From Dehalococcoidia bacterium (GTDB lineage: Bacteria > Chloroflexota > Dehalococcoidia > Lucifugimonadales > GCA-2712585), in contig OY762063.1 of NCBI GenBank assembly GCA_963665075.1, positions 1,508,832 to 1,572,831 of the forward strand: 64,000 bases of DNA, written 5' to 3'. Positions 57,776 through 64,000 of the stretch are shown here, piece after piece; within the stretch, counting starts at the first letter, position 1; each line of letters begins with the position of its first letter. The notes beneath the pieces were generated by a model. It worked only from the letters and a program-made list of their open reading frames with translations. It was not told the origin of the DNA and ran no database searches. A program made the translations under genes and the position numbers.

Positions 57776-58048
57776 CTAGTGGTAGTCCTCCAGATTTATA
57801 TCCACGGCCCTGCCGTCCTCAAAACGGAAGGTTATCCGCCAATTTCCGCTCACACGGACGCTCCAAACGCCCCTTCGGTTACCCCTCAATTGATGCAAAC
57901 GGTTGACGGGCTGATCCAGATTACGAGGGTGTCTGGCCAAGGATAACTGGTCAAGGATCCGTCTAATCCTACGCACGTGGGCGGGATTTAGACGGCGTGC
58001 GTCCCCGCGTTCCCAATATCGCCGCAACCCCGAATGTCTGAATTCCAC
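57776..58048 (-). CDS. higB: HigB/RelE-family toxin
   Basis: GTG start 6 nt after TACAAT; FRHSGL, WSVRVSGNWRITFRF, EDYH. Confidence 0.9.
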   Translation of the reverse strand: MEFRHSGLRRYWERGDARRLNPAHVRRIRRILDQLSLARHPRNLDQPVNRLHQLRGNRRGVWSVRVSGNWRITFRFEDGRAVDINLEDYH

Positions 58049-58105
58049 ATCAGGATTGTATCGGGTGGAGGTGCGGGTTGCAATCATGCAGAGGGTGGGG
58101 CCGGC

Positions 58106-58951
58106 TTAGAGGGATTTGTTCAAGACGATGTTGTCGATGAGGCGGACGTTTCCGATATGGACGGCGGTGGAGAGCATGGCGCCTTTGGTTGCGACTTCCA
58201 TTTCAACCATCGTATCCGGGTAGGCGACGCTAACGTAGTCTATTTTCCGAACCAGCGGCTCGCCGGAGAGAATGGTGTGGACGCGACGGCGCAGTTCTTC
58301 GGCCCGGACTTCGCCTTCCAACCATAGCTTCTCCGCCTCGCGCAGGGCGCGGTAGACCACAGCGGCGGCGCGGCGTTCAGCGGGGGTGAGGCGGTTGTTG
58401 CGGCTGCTGCAAGCCAAGCCGTCGGATTCCCGCACGGTGGGCGACACGACAATTTCTACAGGCATATTCAGGTCTCTCGCCATAGCCTTCACCACCGCCG
58501 CCTGCTGTCCGTCCTTCTGGCCGAAATAGGCGCGGGTGGGGGACGTGACGTTGAAGAGCTTCGCCACCACGGTAGCGACGCCTCGGAAGTGCCCTGGACG
58601 GTGGGCGCCCTCCAACCTGCGGCAAACGGCGCCCGGCTCCACCCAGGTGTCCATGCCCGGCGGGTAGAGTTCCGACGCCTTGGGTGCGAAAACCAGGTCC
58701 ACGTTCTCGCGTTCGAGGATGGCCAAGTCGCGGGCCATGTCCCTGGGGTAGGAAGCGAGGTCTTCGTTGGGGCCGAACTGGGCGGGATTGACGAAGATGC
58801 TGACCACCAGGGAGGCGTTTTCCTTTCGCGCCCTTCTCACCAATGAAAGGTGGCCCGGATGCAGAAATCCCATTGTCGGCACGAGGCCGATGGGACGGGG
58901 CAGTTCATCGCAAGCCGATACCGCCTGCGAAACGGTTTCGATGACGCGCAA
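58106..58951 (-). CDS. panC: Pantoate-beta-alanine ligase
   Basis: VPTMGFLHPGH, IFVNPAQF, RPGHFRGV, FGQKD, RLIDN. Confidence 0.95.
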   Translation of the reverse strand: MRVIETVSQAVSACDELPRPIGLVPTMGFLHPGHLSLVRRARKENASLVVSIFVNPAQFGPNEDLASYPRDMARDLAILERENVDLVFAPKASELYPPGMDTWVEPGAVCRRLEGAHRPGHFRGVATVVAKLFNVTSPTRAYFGQKDGQQAAVVKAMARDLNMPVEIVVSPTVRESDGLACSSRNNRLTPAERRAAAVVYRALREAEKLWLEGEVRAEELRRRVHTILSGEPLVRKIDYVSVAYPDTMVEMEVATKGAMLSTAVHIGNVRLIDNIVLNKSL

Positions 58952-58955
58952 GGCT

Positions 58956-59792
58956 TCAGCTTTCCAGAAGGTCTTGGAGCAGCGTCTCGTCCATGTCGAA
59001 GCTCTCCTTATCGGTGGGGAAAGCTCCTTGGCGAACTTCCTGGGCGTACTTTTCAAGGGCGGCGGCGATGGTCTCAGAGAGGTTAATGTACTGCCGGGTG
59101 TGCTTGGGGACGAAATCGTCGTAGAGGCCGAGGATGTCGTGAATCACCTGCACCTGGCCGTCGCAGTGGGGGCCGGCGCCGATGCCGATGGTAGGGATGG
59201 CGAGCTTGTCGGTGATTACGCGGGCGAGGGGGGCGGGCACGAGTTCCAGCACGATGGCGTAGCAACCGGCGTCTTGCAGGGCGCGCGCGTCTTCGAGCAG
59301 ACGACGGGCCTGGCGTTTGGCCCTGCCCTGGACGCGGTAGCCGCCGAATTGATGCACGGACTGGGGGGTGAGGCCAAGGTGTCCCATGACGGGGATTCCC
59401 GCTTCGACGATGCGGCGGACCTTCTCGACGGTGGGGCCGGCGCCTTCCAGCTTCACCGACTGGGCGCCGCCCTCCTGCACCAGCCTTCCGGCGTTCTTCA
59501 TGGCGGATTCGATGCTGGGTTGGAAGCTCATGAAGGGCATGTCGGAAACTACCAAGGCGTTTTCCGCGCCCCTCACCACGGCCTTCGTGTGCCTTACCAT
59601 GTCGTCCATTGTGACGGGGATGGTGGAGTCGTAGCCGAGGGAGACCATGCCGAGACTGTCGCCGACCAGAATGATCGGGAAGCCGGCCCGGTCGACCAAA
59701 CGCGCCATTGTATAGTCGTAGGCGGTGACGACGGGGATGCGCTGGCCTTTGGCCTTCATGGTTCGTATGCGGCGGGCGGTCATTCCAAGCAT
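58956..59792 (-). CDS. panB: 3-methyl-2-oxobutanoate hydroxymethyltransferase
   Basis: TAYD, LVGDSLGM, VKLEG, HLGLTPQ, IGIGAG..CDGQV. Confidence 0.95.
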   Translation of the reverse strand: MLGMTARRIRTMKAKGQRIPVVTAYDYTMARLVDRAGFPIILVGDSLGMVSLGYDSTIPVTMDDMVRHTKAVVRGAENALVVSDMPFMSFQPSIESAMKNAGRLVQEGGAQSVKLEGAGPTVEKVRRIVEAGIPVMGHLGLTPQSVHQFGGYRVQGRAKRQARRLLEDARALQDAGCYAIVLELVPAPLARVITDKLAIPTIGIGAGPHCDGQVQVIHDILGLYDDFVPKHTRQYINLSETIAAALEKYAQEVRQGAFPTDKESFDMDETLLQDLLES

Positions 59793-59796
59793 GAGA

Positions 59797-60786
59797 CTAG
59801 CCTCCGTCGTTGTGGTTGCGACCGGATGGGGTGAGTTCTTTCGTTTGGCGTGAAGCCTGGGCATCGAATTCCGCTAGTAGGCGGCGCAGCTCGGTTCGCT
59901 TGTGTCCATCGAGCGCGGATGCGTGGGCAATCAAAGTCCTTGTCAATTCGGCATAGAGGGGAAGAATTTCAGGGTCGCGGGAATTCAGGGCTTCCAGATG
60001 CGCGCGCACCGTGGCCACGTCGCCTCTGGTGACGGGGCCGGTGGTGGCGGCTTCGGCGCCGAGGGCCGCTGCGTTCTCCAGGGTAGTGCGGGCGAGGGGG
60101 ATGAGGGACTGGAAAGCTGTTTCCTGGTCTATGCCCATGTTCTGCCAGAGGGCGGCGGCGGAGCGGAGGAGTGCGACGAGGGCGCCGCAACTCATGACCG
60201 CCGAGGCGTGGTACAGGGGCCGGTCTGCCGGCGCGATTTCGATGGTCCGACCGCCCAGGTCCGACGCCATAGACTCCAGGGTTTGGCAGAGCCATCCGGT
60301 TCCCTCGACGGCGAAAGTCACGCCCTTCAGTCGCGCCCGGGCGATGGCTGTGGCGTCTCCATTCGTAGGCAAGGGAGTGAAGGTTTGGAGAGGGTGGAAG
60401 GAACCGCAGAGGGCGCCGGCGGCCTGAGCGTCGTTGAGGAGGGCCGAGGTGGCTGCTCCGCAGCAGTGCGCCACCCCCCGGCCTTTGGGCCAGTCTATAG
60501 AGGACGCCACTTGAGCGATTGCGTCGTCAGGAACGGTAAGGAATACGAGGCGGCAGCGGTCGGCAACGGCCTGGGATCCGATCACGGCGCGGCAGCCGGG
60601 GATCAGTCGGGCGAGACGCTGGGCTGAAGCGTGGGAGCGGCTCGCGACTGCTTCGACCTTCCATCCGGCGTCGGAGAGGGCGCCGGCGAGGGTTGCGGAG
60701 AGGGCGCCGGCGCCGATGAAGCCGACGTTGGGGCGGGTTTCGACTGAATGGGAAAGAATTCCCTGGGTTGCCGTCTCGGTCCTCAT
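59797..60786 (-). CDS. Rossmann + DUF2520 protein (PanG-like ketopantoate reductase)
   Basis: IGAG, LTVPDD, FHPLQTF, YHASAV, TGPVTRGD; directly upstream of panBC. Confidence 0.8.
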   Translation of the reverse strand: MRTETATQGILSHSVETRPNVGFIGAGALSATLAGALSDAGWKVEAVASRSHASAQRLARLIPGCRAVIGSQAVADRCRLVFLTVPDDAIAQVASSIDWPKGRGVAHCCGAATSALLNDAQAAGALCGSFHPLQTFTPLPTNGDATAIARARLKGVTFAVEGTGWLCQTLESMASDLGGRTIEIAPADRPLYHASAVMSCGALVALLRSAAALWQNMGIDQETAFQSLIPLARTTLENAAALGAEAATTGPVTRGDVATVRAHLEALNSRDPEILPLYAELTRTLIAHASALDGHKRTELRRLLAEFDAQASRQTKELTPSGRNHNDGG

Positions 60787-60931
60787 GGGATCCCAGCGGC
60801 CTCCTGAACTCGGCGGAAGGCTCACCCCCCGAACGGGTGGATGGCGGGGCTATGATACCACCGCAGGGGTAGGGCTTCAACGCCGAGGATGGGACGCTAT
60901 GAACTCGTTCAAGCATATATAGGACAGGCAG

Positions 60932-61031
60932 TTGACGAACGCCGGCATCTCGGTGTATTATAAGTCCGTACACCCCCTGTGGGCTTCGGCCTCAGGGCGC
61001 GGGGCTGCCTTCAGGCAGCCTCAGCTTTTTT
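60932..61031 (+). promoter_or_regulatory. Promoter and two-hairpin leader of the NYN gene
   Basis: TTGACG-18nt-TATTAT; CCCTGTGGGC-TTCG-GCCTCAGGG and GGGGCTGCC-TTCA-GGCAGCCTC followed by a T run. Confidence 0.6.
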
Positions 61032-61045
61032 GAGGACTATTTCCT

Positions 61046-61669
61046 ATTCGAGCGAACGTCTACATCGACGGCTTTAATCTTTACTATCGCGCCCTACAGC
61101 ATACGCCATATCGTTGGCTTAACTTAGGTAAGTTAGCACATAAATTGCTATCGGGGCACCATATAGGGCACATTCACTATTTCACAGCCCTCATTGACCA
61201 CCGACACGGCGACCCTGATCAACCTCAGAGACAACAGGTCTATCTTAGGGCACTGAGAACTATCCCAAACCTTTCCATTCATTACGGGCACTTCCTCTCA
61301 AAGACGAAGCGTCGGCCGTTTGTGCAGCCACCGCCTTCCGGCCCCCGCACCGTAGATATACTGGACACCGAGGAGAAAGGTTCTGACGTCAACCTGGCAT
61401 CGTATCTGTTGTTGGACGGGTTTGAGAATCAATACGATCTGGCAGTAGTCATTTCGAACGATTCGGACCTCGTGACGCCCATAAGAATGACAAGAATCAG
61501 GCTGGGTAAGCAGGTGGGCGTCTTCGATCCCAGCCATAGAAAGAGCTTTGAACTTTCCAATGCCGCTTCCTGGTACAGGCGGTTGCGAAAAGGCCCGCTT
61601 CGCGCCAGCCTGTTTCCGGATACTATCGAGGACGCCCAAGGTTTTATCACCAAGCCCAAAGGCTGGTGA
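61046..61669 (+). CDS. NYN (LabA/DUF88, PIN-like) domain nuclease; apparent ATT start or damaged start codon
   Basis: (I)RANVYIDGFNLYY, EEKGSDVNLA, VISNDSDL; in-frame TGA at 61031 and no ATG/GTG/TTG before the first motif. Confidence 0.8.
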   Translation: MRANVYIDGFNLYYRALQHTPYRWLNLGKLAHKLLSGHHIGHIHYFTALIDHRHGDPDQPQRQQVYLRALRTIPNLSIHYGHFLSKTKRRPFVQPPPSGPRTVDILDTEEKGSDVNLASYLLLDGFENQYDLAVVISNDSDLVTPIRMTRIRLGKQVGVFDPSHRKSFELSNAASWYRRLRKGPLRASLFPDTIEDAQGFITKPKGW

Positions 61670-61835
61670 CTTCTGAATTTCCCCACATTCATGGGCCATT
61701 AGGGGATATTCGACACGTCAACTCGTTCTTGACACCGGAAACATACCTTATCTATAATTGCCTCACCTCTAAGTGACCTCGGCGAAAGCCGTGGGCTTTT
61801 AGGGGTGCACGTAGTTTGAAGAAAGGAGTGGCTGA

Positions 61836-63251
61836 ATGGCAAACAAGGACATTGCATTGATGGCCCACCTCATGCGCCGCGCCGGTTTCGGAGCCACTTA
61901 CGACGAGCTCGAAGCTCGAGCCGCAAAGGGTTACGAAGCCACCGTGGAAGAATTGGTGGACCCGGACGCCCACGGCGTGCCGGAGTACGACGAGTTGACT
62001 CTGGCTCGCTATTTCCCTGACATGGAGGTGCCTTCTGCCCCCGCTATGGGCACGGCCAACTTCATGTACCACCTGTACACCACGCCTCGCCCTCTGGTGG
62101 AGAAGATGACCCTCTTCTGGCACATGGTCTTCGCCACGGGCAACTCCAAGGTGGACAACCCGCCGGAGATGCTCCAGCAGATTCAGATGTTCCGCGACCA
62201 CGGAATGGGCAACTACAAGGAACTTCTGGTCCGCCTTTCCAAGGACCCCTCCATGATCTTCTGGCTCGACAACAACGAGAACCATAAGCGCGCCCCCAAC
62301 GAAAACTGGGGTCGGGAGCTTCTGGAACTCTTCTCGATGGGCCAGGGCAACTACACGGAGGACGACGTGAAGATGGCGGCCCGAGCCTTCACCGGCTGGA
62401 CGATTCTGCCGAAGATTCCGCGAACGCCCTACCAGCGTCATCACTGGAAGTTCATCTACAAGGCGGAAGACCACGACCACAGCGAGAAGACCTTCCTGGG
62501 CCGCACCGGCCGCTTCAACGGGGAGGACATCATAGACATCGTCGTGGAAGAGCCGGCGACGGCGAACTTCATGGCCCGCCACCTGTACAACTTCTTCGTC
62601 GCCGACGAGGTGCAGGTGCCCAGCTGGCTGGACGTGCCGCCCAAGGACCCGGAGGCCGTCGACGCCATCGCAAAGGTTTTCGTCGATTCGGAATTCGACA
62701 TCAAGGCGACTCTGCGCTTCATCCTCAACTCAGACTTCTTCAAGGACGAGAGCGCGTGGTTCGCCAAGGTCAAGAACCCGGCAGAGGTGGTCGCGGGAAC
62801 CATTCGCCTCGTCGGAGACTTTCAGGAGCCGCGCCCGGGCGTGCTTCCCATGGGACTGGAAGGCACTTACCAGGGCCAGGACCTGATCAATCCCCCCAGC
62901 GTCGAAGGCTGGCACACGGGCAGGGAGTGGATAGACACCGGCTCCCTGGTTCGCCGCGTCAACTTCGTCGCCGACAGTTTCAGCAACGCGGAGATGCCCG
63001 GAATCAAGTCCATCATCAACAGGCTGGGCGCCCGCGAAACCCTCACCCCGGAGGAGTTCGTCGACGGATGCCTGGAGCTCCTGGGCGCCGTTCAGATAAA
63101 CGACGAGACCCGGGAACAGCTTCTCACCCACGTGCGTTCCGGCGGCGACGTCAGCCGCGGGGCCACTGAGGAAGAGGCCAGGGCCTTCGGCAAGAGGGTC
63201 ACGGAAGTGCTACAACTCATAGCCGCAACCAGGGAGTACCAGTTCGGCTAG
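61836..63251 (+). CDS. DUF1800 domain protein
   Basis: AHLMRRAGFG, EKMTLFWH, PNENWGRELLELFSMG, ARAFTGW, PPSVEGW. Confidence 0.9.
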   Translation: MANKDIALMAHLMRRAGFGATYDELEARAAKGYEATVEELVDPDAHGVPEYDELTLARYFPDMEVPSAPAMGTANFMYHLYTTPRPLVEKMTLFWHMVFATGNSKVDNPPEMLQQIQMFRDHGMGNYKELLVRLSKDPSMIFWLDNNENHKRAPNENWGRELLELFSMGQGNYTEDDVKMAARAFTGWTILPKIPRTPYQRHHWKFIYKAEDHDHSEKTFLGRTGRFNGEDIIDIVVEEPATANFMARHLYNFFVADEVQVPSWLDVPPKDPEAVDAIAKVFVDSEFDIKATLRFILNSDFFKDESAWFAKVKNPAEVVAGTIRLVGDFQEPRPGVLPMGLEGTYQGQDLINPPSVEGWHTGREWIDTGSLVRRVNFVADSFSNAEMPGIKSIINRLGARETLTPEEFVDGCLELLGAVQINDETREQLLTHVRSGGDVSRGATEEEARAFGKRVTEVLQLIAATREYQFG

Positions 63252-63303
63252 AAGACTAGGAAAGCTACGATGAAACAACAGCCCACAGAAAGGAGTGAAC
63301 GTC

Positions 63304-64000
63304 ATGGCTAAAGATCCAGTCTTGGTAATTTTTCAGCTGACCGGAGGTAACGACTACCTCAACACGATTGTGCCTCGCCAGAACCCCCTCTACAGGGACT
63401 ACCGAAAGCTGGTGGTCATCCCGGAGGGAGAAGAGGTGCCCATCGACGACAACTACGGCTTCCATCCTGAGATGGCCCCCATCAAGCAGTTCTGGGACGA
63501 GGGCAAGATGGCCCTGATTCACGGAATCGGGTACGACAACTCCCCCAGGTCTCACTTCCGCTCGATGGACATCTGGCACACCTGCGAGCCGGACAAGGTA
63601 GGCACCGAGGGTTGGGTCGGCCGCTCCATCAAGGCCGTTGACCCCGAAAAGGAGAACGTGCTCACGGGCGTGAACTTCGGGCAGGGCCTCCCCCGCGCGA
63701 TGGCGCTTCCGGGCGTGCCCGTGGCGTCGGTTTCCGACATCGAGAACTACGGCGTGCTCACCGGCATCACGGACGAGGACCAGCGCATGCGCGCCCTGGA
63801 CCGCTTCCAGCGGATCTACTCGCCGGCCATAGGCCGCGGCCCGGTCATGGACTATCTGGGCCAGACGGGTCTCGACGCGCTCAAGGGCGCCGACATCCTG
63901 AAGACCGCGCCGGAGATGTACAGTTCCGACGTGGAGTACGCGGCGACGCCCATCGCGCAGAAGCTCAGGGGCATCTCGATGGTGCACCAGGCGAACCTGG
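63304..64000 (+). CDS. DUF1501 domain protein (truncated by the window end)
   Basis: LVIFQLTGGNDYLNTIVP, GFHP, RSHFRSMDIW, GWVGR; usual partner of DUF1800. Confidence 0.85.
   Translation, partial: MAKDPVLVIFQLTGGNDYLNTIVPRQNPLYRDYRKLVVIPEGEEVPIDDNYGFHPEMAPIKQFWDEGKMALIHGIGYDNSPRSHFRSMDIWHTCEPDKVGTEGWVGRSIKAVDPEKENVLTGVNFGQGLPRAMALPGVPVASVSDIENYGVLTGITDEDQRMRALDRFQRIYSPAIGRGPVMDYLGQTGLDALKGADILKTAPEMYSSDVEYAATPIAQKLRGISMVHQANL

Overview
GC-rich bacterial chromosomal window, most consistent with Chloroflexota (Dehalococcoidia/SAR202-like). This is inferred from gene content: an acVLRF1-type release factor, a sortase-type C-terminus, many catabolic oxidoreductases, dense REP-like palindromes and leaderless promoters. 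Housekeeping genes include prfA-prmC, mutS2, dtd, panBC with a PanG-like reductase, a 2-oxoacid:ferredoxin oxidoreductase, type II glutamine synthetase, ETFs, and tRNA-Gly and tRNA-Pro. The window also has a PhoBR-like two-component pair, Zn/Mn and PhnCDE-like (putative selenate) ABC transporters, an R-M pair with a frameshifted nuclease, and several toxin-antitoxin modules. The main find is the leader of the putative selenate ABC operon (15427-15660). It carries a short uORF with an in-frame UGA followed by a SECIS-like hairpin, whose strands can alternatively pair with the anti-Shine-Dalgarno sequence of the first transporter gene. This is a candidate selenocysteine-sensing translational attenuator. 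A CxxU Rdx/SelW selenoprotein at 30441-30716 indicates that the organism decodes Sec. Other items worth checking: a mutS2-acVLRF1 gene pair, a ~40-bp-phased TATCC array upstream of a Fic gene, a GC-skew/REP-orientation switch, a dispersed AT-rich element linked to a small gene, an NYN nuclease lacking a canonical start codon behind a two-hairpin leader, and a degenerate tRNA. All calls were made by eye; no database searches or folding programs were run.
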